A DNA stretch of 64,000 bases from Nanobdellati archaeon. GTDB lineage: Archaea > B1Sed10-29 > JAGVWA01. The position numbers were made by a program, and so were the translations under genes. Positions 36,822 to 46,568 of this stretch are shown here, piece after piece (the stretch's first letter is position 1; each line of letters starts with the position of its first letter). The stretch covers positions 16,567 to 80,566 of the forward strand of contig JAGVWA010000002.1 in NCBI GenBank assembly GCA_018304505.1, read 5' to 3'. The notes beneath the pieces were generated by a model that ran no database searches, was not told the DNA's origin, and worked only from the letters and a program-made list of their open reading frames with translations.

Positions 36822-38585
36822 CTAGATGATTTTCAGAAAATTAATTTTCTTGTTATTTACCATTTCCTTGTCGCTAGTCTCGAGGCATTTTCCTGCAGGA
36901 AAGTACTGCTGCATCTCCTCATGGTTTCCGATGCTTGTTGAGATGGACTTGTTCAGGCCCTCGCGCCGGTTGGAATTCTCGAAATGGCTAAGGCACTCCG
37001 GGTCTTCTACGAGACCGAGCTGCACGTTGATTTCCGTGTCTTTTGTAAACTCGCGCAGGTGCTTTTTTGAAAAACGTAGTATGCGGCCGATGATTTTGCT
37101 GTCGCCATAATACTCGGCGGTTTCCTGCAGGCCGTAGTATGAGATGATGTTCTGGAAGTTGTTGAACCGTATGTACTCCTCGTTGTCATAGGCCTGCGTT
37201 AAGAATCCCAGCGTCTTGTCTTTGTAAAGCCGGTCTTGCATGACGTCTTTCTTTATCCGCATTATCTCCACCGCGGCCTTCATGTCCCTTGCGAGCTCGT
37301 CATATAAGGCGTTTTCGTCTTGCGATTTTAGGACATGCTTTAAGACATTTAATGATACAGACTGCATGGTGCCGCTCCTTAATGAACGGGTTTCCCTGCC
37401 AGAAAGCACGTTGCCGGCTAGCATGCTTTCGTTGCTTTCCTGTTTCAGGTAGTAGATCCCCTTTTGCAGCTCCGTCTCGGGTTTCTTTATGCGCCTGTGT
37501 TTTATGCATATGCGCGGATGATTAAACGGTTTTGCCTCGTAGTCTCCCTGAATGAACGCCTTTACAAGTGCGTCCTTGAATTTTCGGGCTTCTTCGCTGT
37601 AATGCGAATACGGGGCCTTTGAGCCTGGCACAGGAGCATGTTCTTTTTTCAAAAAATCCGGGACCTCGTTGTCAAGGTTAATGGTAAACGCGTCCGGGTT
37701 TTGTTGCGAATTGCTGAGTTCGTAGAGGAAAACCTGCGCGATCTGCTCGATGTCTTTGTCAGATTTCTTTTCAAGGTATGGGGAAATAAAGATGTTGAAG
37801 AAATCGAAGCCAGCGCCCTTGCCGAGGTACTGTTTCGACGTAAGCAATACCCGGGCAGCGTGGGATGCGACAACCTGGGCGTGCTTTGGCGGGCCAGTGC
37901 TGGGAATTCCATGAATCCTGACTCCATGGCGCAGGAATGGCCGGAGGTCGTTCTGTATGCTCTCTGGGCACGTTGGAAAGTTGTCTAAGTTGTGTATGAA
38001 CAGGTCAGCGTTCAGGTGAGACTGCGCAATGTTAAATGGCAGTACCCGTGTTAACGTGTATTCACGCAGCATGGCCTGGCCGAAACCGGTCGTCATTTCT
38101 ATGGGGCTCTGTTTCTGCTCCTCAATGATTTTTGAGATGTCGTAAACCGGCAAACCTGCCCGCGTGTATCTGGTTTTGTAAGTTGTGAGCCGTTTGTCGA
38201 GTAGCATAACGTTCGCCATTTCCCGAATCAGGGGCGAGCTGATGTCCTTCAGCTGGAGCCGCCTGATGTCATCCTCGATCTCTTGCGCGATTTCCATCGC
38301 GGTTATCCTTGGGAGCCGCGTTTCCTTGATCAGTGACCGCGTTATAAAGCTGCGGTCGAATGATTCCAGTGTGTTTCTTGATGTCCGGACCTTGATTGAG
38401 TGGTAGTCATCGAACTGTTTCGCAGCATCCGGGGACAATTCGCTGAGGACTTTCGCTATTTTGTTTGTGATCGCCTTGTTTGTCTCAGGCAGCGTGTCGA
38501 TTTCTAGCGCAACTTGGGACGCAAGCCAGAACGAGAGGCCCGCTTCTTGGCACTTCTTCACTATAATGTTCTTGGACACACTCAT
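36822..38585 (-). CDS. anaerobic ribonucleoside-triphosphate reductase (NrdD)-like protein lacking a recognisable C-terminal glycyl-radical motif
   Basis: N-terminal ATP-cone-like segment (IIVKKCQEAGLSF...). Central IHNLDNFPTCPES..GPPKHAQVVASHAARVLLTSKQYLGKGAGFDFF parallels the NrdD core HYHDLD...EPPKSISTATAVTAQIIAQVASSQYGG. No RVCGY-type Gly-radical end, no Zn ribbon, and no NrdG nearby. Confidence 0.4.
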   Translation of the reverse strand: MSVSKNIIVKKCQEAGLSFWLASQVALEIDTLPETNKAITNKIAKVLSELSPDAAKQFDDYHSIKVRTSRNTLESFDRSFITRSLIKETRLPRITAMEIAQEIEDDIRRLQLKDISSPLIREMANVMLLDKRLTTYKTRYTRAGLPVYDISKIIEEQKQSPIEMTTGFGQAMLREYTLTRVLPFNIAQSHLNADLFIHNLDNFPTCPESIQNDLRPFLRHGVRIHGIPSTGPPKHAQVVASHAARVLLTSKQYLGKGAGFDFFNIFISPYLEKKSDKDIEQIAQVFLYELSNSQQNPDAFTINLDNEVPDFLKKEHAPVPGSKAPYSHYSEEARKFKDALVKAFIQGDYEAKPFNHPRICIKHRRIKKPETELQKGIYYLKQESNESMLAGNVLSGRETRSLRSGTMQSVSLNVLKHVLKSQDENALYDELARDMKAAVEIMRIKKDVMQDRLYKDKTLGFLTQAYDNEEYIRFNNFQNIISYYGLQETAEYYGDSKIIGRILRFSKKHLREFTKDTEINVQLGLVEDPECLSHFENSNRREGLNKSISTSIGNHEEMQQYFPAGKCLETSDKEMVNNKKINFLKII

Positions 38586-38619
38586 ACCTTTATTTACACC
38601 TTTTCACAAATAATAAGGT

Positions 38620-39039
38620 ATGGAAGACGTTGACGAAATCGATGCAAAGCTGCTTTCAATGCTCGCAGAGGACTCAAGGCAGTCGTACACCGACCTTGCT
38701 AAGACCCTGAATTTGAGCGACGTGGCCGTGAAAAAACGCATCGACAAACTCATGGAGAAAAAAATCATTACGAACTTTTCAATAACCGTAGACCAGGCAA
38801 AGCTCGGCAAGGCGCTGCACTCATTTCTCCTGCTTCGCACAAATCCGACAGAGACGGACAGCATCCTCGCGGAACTAAGGAAGATACCGGACATTGGAAG
38901 GATATCGAGCGCCCTCGGCCCTTTTGACATCGTTATTGAAATACACACGTCAAAAATCAGCGACCTGAAACGCCTAACCGAGGAGGACATCGGAAACCTA
39001 AAGGGCGTTATTGAAGTTAGAACCCTCATTATGACATGA
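38620..39039 (+). CDS. lrp: Lrp/AsnC-family transcriptional regulator
   Basis: HTH IDAKLLSMLAEDSRQSYTDLAKTLNLSDVAVKKRIDKL plus the C-terminal RAM/AsnC-type domain. 139 aa. Confidence 0.85.
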   Translation: MEDVDEIDAKLLSMLAEDSRQSYTDLAKTLNLSDVAVKKRIDKLMEKKIITNFSITVDQAKLGKALHSFLLLRTNPTETDSILAELRKIPDIGRISSALGPFDIVIEIHTSKISDLKRLTEEDIGNLKGVIEVRTLIMT

Positions 39040-39080
39040 CATTAAGGCATGACATAGTGCAGGGGCACTGGGGCATTGTT

Positions 39081-39368
39081 ATGAAAGTCGAAATTGATTT
39101 GATGAAAACCGAATCCCCTGAGGCACTTGTTGACGCGCTCCGCGGCGTGTTCAGCTCCTTCAGCGTCACAGGGCAGCGCGCGGACAAAATACTCGGAAGC
39201 ATTGATGATGCGGACTTCGAAAGTGAATTCAAGCTGCGGGGGCCTGAATTCCTCAAGCAGTCAATGGAGGAACAAGGGTACATAGACCTTAGCAAGATGG
39301 CATTGCTGGCCAAAAAGCTGGGGCCCGACCAGGGCTTTCCGCTGGGCAAAATCAGGGTTTTTCGATGA
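39081..39368 (+). CDS. hypothetical protein (about 95 aa)
   Basis: The track ORF 39036 overlaps the lrp stop. The ATG at 39081 (MKVEIDLMKTE...) is more plausible. Confidence 0.35.
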   Translation: MKVEIDLMKTESPEALVDALRGVFSSFSVTGQRADKILGSIDDADFESEFKLRGPEFLKQSMEEQGYIDLSKMALLAKKLGPDQGFPLGKIRVFR

Positions 39369-39396
39369 AAACCATATATAATAAGAAGGCCATAAT

Positions 39397-40173
39397 ATGC
39401 TCATGAGCAAGCTCTGGAAGCCATTGGTGCTTTTGCTGGTGCTGTTATCCATAGGCCTCTCGACCCTGAATCTGGAGTCCCCGACGCTGTATGAAGGCTC
39501 TTCGCTGTGGCAAATCGGGCCGGGCCAGCAAACAACCCTGGTGTTCTCGCGGAAATTTGGCGACCAAACATTTCCATGGGACGCGCTGCAGCTTGACGTT
39601 CCAAATGGATGGCAGTACTCGACCTCATTGCAGGCTGACACAATCACTGCTAGCCTGAAAGTTGGGCAAAAAGCAGTGCCTGGAGAATATGTCATTAAAG
39701 CCACGCTGCTGACGAACCTCGGAACCAGGATGCCGGAGTCAAAGGATTTTAAGCTCACAGTGACAGACAAGCCATACGTGGTGATGATACCGGCAGAGAT
39801 CAGGGCACCGGCGGGCAGGAAAACGCAGGTAGAATTTACAATCGAGTCAAGGTCTATAAGCCAGGATGAATTGATGTTCGACAAGATCAGTGGCCTCCCA
39901 AGCGCTTGGTCCAGCGAAACGCGGGCGGTGCTTGAACCAGGTGCCAGCCAGGCAATGACATTCTACATAACCCCAGAACAGGAAGGCCTCTTTGAAGTTG
40001 AATTCAGATATCAGAGCGCCTCAGGAGACTCAAGGGCGAGAAAGAGCATAGTGATAGTAAAGCCCACCTTGGAGTCAACGCTTAAGGGTTTCAGCCAAGG
40101 GGTTGTGCTGACGCCGAATGTGCTGCAGCCGTTCTATTCATTAATCAGTTTGCTCGCGTCCGTACTATACTAA
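39397..40173 (+). CDS. secreted protein with a C-terminal hydrophobic anchor (hypothetical surface protein)
   Basis: Signal MLMSKLWKPLVLLLVLLSIGLS. Beta-rich body. C-terminal PFYSLISLLASVLY. Confidence 0.5.
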   Translation: MLMSKLWKPLVLLLVLLSIGLSTLNLESPTLYEGSSLWQIGPGQQTTLVFSRKFGDQTFPWDALQLDVPNGWQYSTSLQADTITASLKVGQKAVPGEYVIKATLLTNLGTRMPESKDFKLTVTDKPYVVMIPAEIRAPAGRKTQVEFTIESRSISQDELMFDKISGLPSAWSSETRAVLEPGASQAMTFYITPEQEGLFEVEFRYQSASGDSRARKSIVIVKPTLESTLKGFSQGVVLTPNVLQPFYSLISLLASVLY

Positions 40174-40243
40174 TCAATCAATGGGCCAGCCAATCAATCA
40201 ATAGGCAACTGATGTATAACTCTCATATGATGGTGGGATAATA

Positions 40244-41812
40244 ATGACGACCGAAGCTGTTTTTCAGGGCATAGTTGGAAAAATCGTAAGCGGGGAGATC
40301 ACGACAAAAGCCCAGTTGACAGAAGAGAAGAAGCGCATCTCGAAAATCAACAGGCTTAACAAGGTCATCCGCGACTCCGATATACTCAGCTGCGCTTCTG
40401 AAAACACCGACCAGGTCATTGATCTGCTCAGGAAAAAGGACACGCGGACCATCAGCGGCGTGACACCGTTGGCGATAATGACGCCGCCGCTGGCATGCCC
40501 GCCGCAGGCGCAGTGCATCTACTGTCCGGGCGGGCCAAAAGTAGGCTCAGCAAAGGCATACACAGGGTTCGAGCCAGCAGCTCGCAGAGCTAAGGCATTC
40601 AACTTCGACTCATATGAACAAGCCAAAAACCGCATTCAGCAATTCCTCAATACAGGCCACAGTGCAGACAAACTCGAGCTCATTATTATGGGCGGCACAT
40701 TCACGTACCAAAACCCGCGCTTCCAGGACAGGTTCATGAAAGGCTGCCTAGACGCCATGAACAACAACATTTCGGAAACGTATGACCAAGCCAAACTTTT
40801 TAACGAAACCGCACAGCACAGGTGCATTGGAATGACCTTCGAAACGCGCCCCGACTGCTGCGGAAAAAACGAAATCGATAGGATGCTGTACTATGGAGGC
40901 ACCCGAGTAGAACTCGGGGTTCAAAATCCAGACAACGAAATTTACAAAATCATCAAGCGGGGGCACACCCGCGAGCACGTCATTCAAGCAACGCGCGATC
41001 TAAAGGAATCAGCGTTTAAGGTCTTGTACCACGTGATGCCAGGGCTGCCGGGATCAAGTCCGGGCAAGGACGTTGAAATGTTTAAGGGTCTTTTCGAGAA
41101 CCAGGACTTCAGACCCGACATGCTCAAGATCTACCCATGCCTTTTGGTAGACCAGAAGTACGGCCTCACAGGCACTTATGACTTATGGAAAAACGGAGAA
41201 TGGGAACCGTACAACGACGAGCAGGCCGCGCAAGTAATAGCACAGGCGCACAAATACATTCCAAGGTATTGCCGAGTAATGCGAATTCAGAGAGACATAC
41301 CAACAAACCTCCTCGTTACGGGAATCAAGTACGCTAACCTCAGGCAGCTCGTTGACGCGGAAATGCAAAACCAAGGTATACAGTGCCAGTGCATCCGCTG
41401 CAGGGAAATCAAAAACCGCGTACCAGAAAAAATCGAGTTGCGAAGAATCGATTACGAAGCCTCACAAGGCCGAGAAGTTTTCCTATCGCTCGACGACGCC
41501 GACAGAGATAAGATCATCGGCTTCATCAGGCTCAGGCTACCAAGGAAGCCATGGAGGTCAGAACTGCAAGGCAACACGGCCCTTGTCCGAGAATTGCACG
41601 TGTACGGAAAATCGTTGCAAGTCGGCCACAAAGACGACAAGGCGGTGCAGCACAAAGGCCACGGCAAGCGATTACTGAAAGAGGCAGAAGAAATCGCCAA
41701 GGACGAGTTTGGAATGGACAACCTCGCTGTGATTTCCGGCATTGGGGTCAGGCCATATTATTACAAGCAGGGCTACAAGCCAGAAGGAGCCTACGTCACG
41801 AAGAAACTTTAA
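40244..41812 (+). CDS. elp3: Elongator protein 3 homolog (radical-SAM + GNAT tRNA carboxymethyluridine synthase)
   Basis: Radical-SAM cluster CPPQAQCIYCPGG. C-terminal GNAT HKGHGKRLLKEAEEIA. 522 aa. Confidence 0.9.
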   Translation: MTTEAVFQGIVGKIVSGEITTKAQLTEEKKRISKINRLNKVIRDSDILSCASENTDQVIDLLRKKDTRTISGVTPLAIMTPPLACPPQAQCIYCPGGPKVGSAKAYTGFEPAARRAKAFNFDSYEQAKNRIQQFLNTGHSADKLELIIMGGTFTYQNPRFQDRFMKGCLDAMNNNISETYDQAKLFNETAQHRCIGMTFETRPDCCGKNEIDRMLYYGGTRVELGVQNPDNEIYKIIKRGHTREHVIQATRDLKESAFKVLYHVMPGLPGSSPGKDVEMFKGLFENQDFRPDMLKIYPCLLVDQKYGLTGTYDLWKNGEWEPYNDEQAAQVIAQAHKYIPRYCRVMRIQRDIPTNLLVTGIKYANLRQLVDAEMQNQGIQCQCIRCREIKNRVPEKIELRRIDYEASQGREVFLSLDDADRDKIIGFIRLRLPRKPWRSELQGNTALVRELHVYGKSLQVGHKDDKAVQHKGHGKRLLKEAEEIAKDEFGMDNLAVISGIGVRPYYYKQGYKPEGAYVTKKL

Positions 41813-41838
41813 ATGAAACAAACGCATAAAGGGATATA

Positions 41839-43164
41839 ATGTACTCAAAACAATTAGAGAAAGTCTTAAAGGACAACAAAATCGCTGTCGGCGATCCAAT
41901 ACAGATAGAAAAGCACAAGAAGCTCTACCAGGGAGTGCTAATGCCGGGCACGGAAACGCAAGCAAACGACACACTTATGATCAAACTCGTGAACGGCTAC
42001 AACGTAGGCATTAGCATTGACGCAACAACAAGGATCACAAAATCAGCACATCCAAAGCAAGAAAAAGAAAAACACGAGCATCGAAAGCAGGACAAGACAA
42101 AGCCATCAATTTCTTTGGTCAGCACTGGTGGCACCATCGCGAGCCGTGTTGACTACACTACCGGCGGGGTTTCCCCGGCACTAGACGCGCACGAAATCAT
42201 TGATAGCATTCCAGAACTCTTGGACTTTGTTTACATCGCGGACATGACAAACCCGATGAATGTGGCAAGCGAAGACATACTCCCAAGTGACTGGCAAAAC
42301 TTGGCAAAGGAACTTGAAAAAAAGCTAAACAGCGACATTGAAGGAGTTGTGGTGACGCACGGAACCGACACGATGCACTACACCACAGCTGCAATGTCAT
42401 TTATGCTCGACACGCCGAAGCCCGTTGTCTTTGTTGGATCGCAGAGGTCGAGCGACAGGCCGAGCAGCGACGCGTCAATGAATCTGCTCTGCGCATCATA
42501 CCTAGCCGGCTACAGTGACATCGCCGAGATTGGGGTTTGCATGCACGCGAACACCAGCGATTCATTCTGTTTGTTCAACCGAGGAACTAAAGTAAAAAAG
42601 CTCCACACCTCCCGCCGCGATGCATTCAGGCCGATAAATGACCTTCCATTGGCGAGGGTTTTCCCGCACGGCGAAATCAGCATCCTGAACAAGAATTACA
42701 AAAAGAAATCCGATGACGCTAAAGCACGGGCGATGACGAAATTCGAGGACAAGGTCGCGATCATCAAAGCTTACCCCGGATGCGACCCTGAAATCATAGA
42801 CCACTACGTGTCAAAAGGTTACCGTGGCCTAGTTGTAGAAGCGACAGGCCTCGGGCACGTGCCGACGAACAGCAAAAAGAGTTGGAAGGCAAGCATCCAA
42901 AGCGCCATCAAAAAAGACGTCATTGTCGCCTTCGCGCCGCAGACACAATACGGTCGCCTCGACCCGAACGTGTACGCCAACGGCAGAATAATGAAAGACA
43001 GCGGTGTTGTATATTGCGAAGACATGCTGCCAGAAACAGCGTACGTCAAGTTGGGCTGGCTGCTCGGAAACTACAAAAATATCGATGAGGCCAGACAGCT
43101 GATGGCACAGAACCTTAAGGGTGAAATCACTGCCCGGACGTTGCCGGAGACTTTTTTGTACTAA
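41839..43164 (+). CDS. gatD: Glu-tRNA(Gln) amidotransferase subunit D
   Basis: Asparaginase-type active site SLVSTGGTIASRVDYTTGG, HGTDTM, and the GatD-specific N-terminal extension. 441 aa. Confidence 0.88.
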   Translation: MYSKQLEKVLKDNKIAVGDPIQIEKHKKLYQGVLMPGTETQANDTLMIKLVNGYNVGISIDATTRITKSAHPKQEKEKHEHRKQDKTKPSISLVSTGGTIASRVDYTTGGVSPALDAHEIIDSIPELLDFVYIADMTNPMNVASEDILPSDWQNLAKELEKKLNSDIEGVVVTHGTDTMHYTTAAMSFMLDTPKPVVFVGSQRSSDRPSSDASMNLLCASYLAGYSDIAEIGVCMHANTSDSFCLFNRGTKVKKLHTSRRDAFRPINDLPLARVFPHGEISILNKNYKKKSDDAKARAMTKFEDKVAIIKAYPGCDPEIIDHYVSKGYRGLVVEATGLGHVPTNSKKSWKASIQSAIKKDVIVAFAPQTQYGRLDPNVYANGRIMKDSGVVYCEDMLPETAYVKLGWLLGNYKNIDEARQLMAQNLKGEITARTLPETFLY

Positions 43165-43176
43165 CTAACTCAAAGT

Positions 43177-43640
43177 ATGGGATTCAAAAAAATGATAATA
43201 GGACTCACCGGCTTGGCGCTATCAGGAAAAGACCAAGTCGCGAAGCATCTACAAGACAAATACGGCTACAGGATGCTTGTTTTTAGCGATGAACTCAAAA
43301 ATGAAGTGGAAGCAAAAGGCTTGGAAATGACTAAAATGAACAAGTAAATAGTAGGGGATGAATTAAGAGACGCGGAAGGTCCAGCAGGCGCGGCAAAGCA
43401 GATCCGGATGACATCGACTCATTCATGGCGCGCGATGAAAGGGACATCCAGAACAAGGGGCTCGACAAGGTAATCCGCATGGTGGATTACAAGCTCATCA
43501 ACAATGGCACAATCGAAACACTGCACTGCGACATTGAACTCCTATTTGAGGAACTTGAAAAGGAAGAAATCACCCTAGGGGATTTAACCGATGTTGGTGT
43601 AAACTGGTTTAAACCAGTGAACGTTGCAAAAACCGCTTAA
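43177..43640 (+). pseudogene. fragmented P-loop nucleotide kinase-like gene (dephospho-CoA/cytidylate-kinase-like N-terminus), disrupted by a stop and frameshifts
   Basis: 43177-43347 encodes MGFKKMIIGLTGLALSGKDQ... (degenerate Walker A with Asp in place of Ser/Thr) and ends in TAA. Plausible continuations lie in two other frames (IVGDELRDAEGPAGAAKQIR..., then the track ORF 43425-43640). Confidence 0.3.
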
Positions 43641-44136
43641 AGGAAGCCATGCACAAATAACGGCATGGCTTATTATTTCGATAAGCATCTGGATCGCGTT
43701 TTTAAGGTCACAGGACCTGCTTGAGGAAAACCCTGTAAGTCCGTATGGCGAATGGTTTTCTGAAGAAGCGGCAATGTGGTTTGATTACATTGAGAAGAAA
43801 AATGAGATGTTGTACGTGTCGTCAATTATTCAGGATGAAATAAAAAACTTCGATATGGAAAATGGCACTAATCTCGTTGGTCCGTATTTTGAGAAGTGCG
43901 GGGACTTTTATGTGGTCGATAAACTAAAGGTAATTGAGCCGACAGTTAATGAGAGGGGCCTTGCAAGGTCAAATAACCGTGTGTATAAGATAGGGTATGA
44001 TGATTGTCTACAAGGTGCCATGATAAAGAACAATAACCTAATTGGGGTTAGTGCTGACAAACATTGGGTTAAACTCTCACGGTTTGAGAACTTCATTTTT
44101 TATTTCGTGACTGAGATACATAATTTCTCTTTCTAG
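43624..44136 (+). CDS. hypothetical protein (170 aa), one N-terminal TM
   Basis: ORF. The 3' end overlaps the convergent RHH gene. Confidence 0.4.
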   Translation: MQKPLKGSHAQITAWLIISISIWIAFLRSQDLLEENPVSPYGEWFSEEAAMWFDYIEKKNEMLYVSSIIQDEIKNFDMENGTNLVGPYFEKCGDFYVVDKLKVIEPTVNERGLARSNNRVYKIGYDDCLQGAMIKNNNLIGVSADKHWVKLSRFENFIFYFVTEIHNFSF

Positions 44137-44428
44137 CCTCAAGCCGTGCCATGGTTTCATTGTGTATCTTTGAATGCTCCGCAGCCATAAGTTCAATCAT
44201 CTTGTCCTCGTCACCGCCAGCGCGCTTCAGGTAGTCCTGTTCCATTCTGCGTCTGATTTCCCGCACCTCTTTTACCAGGGGGTCATTTTCCAACGCCAGG
44301 ATCCTTGCCCGGGCAGCTTCGCGGATGAACTCCGAGCGGGTACCGTAGTGCTTTTCAACATACCAGTCTATATCGCTTACCAAGTTTGTTGGTAGCCTTA
44401 CCTGCACTGCAGTTGTTCGTGATGACAT
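44093..44428 (-). CDS. ribbon-helix-helix (CopG/Arc-like) DNA-binding protein
   Basis: VQVRLPTNLVSDIDWYVEKHYGTRSEFIREAARARILAL is a canonical RHH beta-strand plus helices. Start taken at the internal ATG (track start 44467). Confidence 0.6.
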   Translation of the reverse strand: MSSRTTAVQVRLPTNLVSDIDWYVEKHYGTRSEFIREAARARILALENDPLVKEVREIRRRMEQDYLKRAGGDEDKMIELMAAEHSKIHNETMARLEARKRNYVSQSRNKK

Positions 44429-44573
44429 ATGCATCCCCATTAGCGAGGCACACAAAGTGTACTCCATTTGTATACCAAATGTATACTATTTGTATCGCTG
44501 CTGTTTTATATACCATTCGGTGCAGAACGCTTAATATATCTCAAGCTCCATCTTTAACAACAAGGATGAGAGC

Positions 44574-46427
44574 ATGGATTACAAAAAACTCGGACTGAAG
44601 GCAGGCCTGGAATTCCACCAGCGGCTCGACACGCACAAGCTGTTCTGCAATTGTTCCTCGGTCCTGGAAGAAAATCCCAGCGTTGAATTCACGCGCCGCC
44701 TCCGCCCAACAGCCAGCGAACTAGGCAAGGTCGATCCGGCAGCCCTCAACGAATTTTTATCCAAAAAGACGTTCAACTATCAAGGCTTCGAAAACAGCGT
44801 CTGCCTTGTGGAGCAAGATGAAGAGCCGCCGCACGAAGTCAACAAACAAGCGCTCGAAATCGCGCTCAAAATCGGTCTAATGCTGGACATGAACTTTTTC
44901 GACCAAGTTCAAGTAATGAGGAAAACAGTCATCGACGGCTCAAACACTGCAGGTTTCCAGCGAACCATGATGTTGGGCCACAACGGCGAGCTGAAAACGC
45001 CGTACGGCGAGGTTGGAATTCTCGGAATCTTTTTGGAAGAGGAATCGTCTGGCATCGTTGGCGAAAAAGGCAAGGCGGCGTACCGCCTCGACCGCTTGGG
45101 CATACCGTTAATCGAAATCGCCACAGACCTCATTCCAGAACCCACACCGGAAAAAGTAAAAGACGTGGCGCTATATCTCGGTTCACTGTTGCGGACCACA
45201 CGGCAAGTCCAACGGGGGCAGGGCACGATAAGGCAGGACGTCAACATCTCGATCAAGGACGGCGCGCGCGTCGAGCTAAAGGGCGTTCAGGATATACGCA
45301 TGCTTGAGCAGGTAATTGAATTCGAAGTACAGCGACAGCTCAAACTCCTGGAACTAAAAGATGAAATGAAAAAGCGCAAGCTGGAAAAGCCGAAGGTAAA
45401 GCCAATAGACGTAACAGAAATATTCCGGGACACAAAGAACGAGTTCATAAAAAAAGCAATACATTCCAACGGGGTCGTCAAGCTTCTAGTTCTCAAGAAT
45501 TACAAAGGAGTCATTGGCGCCGAGCTAAATCCCAACAGAAGGTTCGGAAGCGAATTAGGTGATTATGCAAAAGCAGTAGGCGTCGGGGGCATAATTCACA
45601 CCGATGAAAACTTAGGTAAGTACAAGATCCAAAACGAAGTTCTTGAAATCGTCGCCAAGAATAAACTTGAAGAAAGCGATGCATTCATTCTCATCGCCGA
45701 GTCAGAAGACAAAGTCGACAACGCGTTCAATGCAATCAGCAAGAGGATCGGTGCAGCGTTCAGCGAAATTCCAAATGAGACACGTAATGTGATGCCTGAT
45801 GGGGTTTCAATGTACATGAGGCCACTGGCAGGGGCCTCGCGAATGTATCCTGAAACCGACATCTCGTATGTGAACATCACACAGAAAATGCTAGGCGAGC
45901 TGAAAAAGCAGCTGCCTAAGACGCCTGAACAGATCTCGGCAGAGCTTGAAAAGAAACACCGCTTGTCGAAACAGCTAGCGGGGATTATGATGCTGTCAAA
46001 GAACTATGAACTCTTTGAATCACTTGTTGGAAAAGGACACGACGCAAGGCTCGTGGCTCCGACACTCGAATACACATTGACTGAATTAAGGCGGCAGGGC
46101 GTCGACGTTGAAGTGTTTACTGAAGCGCATTTTGACGCGCTCTTCAAAGCACTTAAGGAAAACAAGTTCGCAAAAGAAGCCATTCCAAAGGTACTCGCTG
46201 CGTGGGCCAGCAAGCCTCACTATAATATAGTGCAGGTCATCGAAGAAGCAGGGCTTGGGGGGGTTTCAGAAAAGGAAATCCGCGACTATGCTGTCGGGGC
46301 AATGAAGAAAATCGACACCAGCGGGCCTAGGGCGTTTAACATGCTCATGGGTGATTTAATGAAGAAGTACCGTGGCAAGGCCGACGGCGCGTTGATTGCG
46401 CGGATCGCGAAAGAGGTATTAAGTTAG
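44574..46427 (+). CDS. gatE: Glu-tRNA(Gln) amidotransferase subunit E
   Basis: N-terminus MDYKKLGLKAGLEFHQRLDTHKLFCNC and the overall GatB/E-type architecture. 617 aa. Confidence 0.9.
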   Translation: MDYKKLGLKAGLEFHQRLDTHKLFCNCSSVLEENPSVEFTRRLRPTASELGKVDPAALNEFLSKKTFNYQGFENSVCLVEQDEEPPHEVNKQALEIALKIGLMLDMNFFDQVQVMRKTVIDGSNTAGFQRTMMLGHNGELKTPYGEVGILGIFLEEESSGIVGEKGKAAYRLDRLGIPLIEIATDLIPEPTPEKVKDVALYLGSLLRTTRQVQRGQGTIRQDVNISIKDGARVELKGVQDIRMLEQVIEFEVQRQLKLLELKDEMKKRKLEKPKVKPIDVTEIFRDTKNEFIKKAIHSNGVVKLLVLKNYKGVIGAELNPNRRFGSELGDYAKAVGVGGIIHTDENLGKYKIQNEVLEIVAKNKLEESDAFILIAESEDKVDNAFNAISKRIGAAFSEIPNETRNVMPDGVSMYMRPLAGASRMYPETDISYVNITQKMLGELKKQLPKTPEQISAELEKKHRLSKQLAGIMMLSKNYELFESLVGKGHDARLVAPTLEYTLTELRRQGVDVEVFTEAHFDALFKALKENKFAKEAIPKVLAAWASKPHYNIVQVIEEAGLGGVSEKEIRDYAVGAMKKIDTSGPRAFNMLMGDLMKKYRGKADGALIARIAKEVLS

Positions 46428-46568
46428 GGTTCCTTTTTTATTTATGAATAAGCAAGGTATTCTCCGGGGCCTTACGGAAAAGCGTAAGGTTCAAAAGGCC
46501 AGCCGACAAAACGTATGTTTTTTAAAAAGAACAAAATTGCACTTTTTGTTCTTTATATAGAACAGTTC

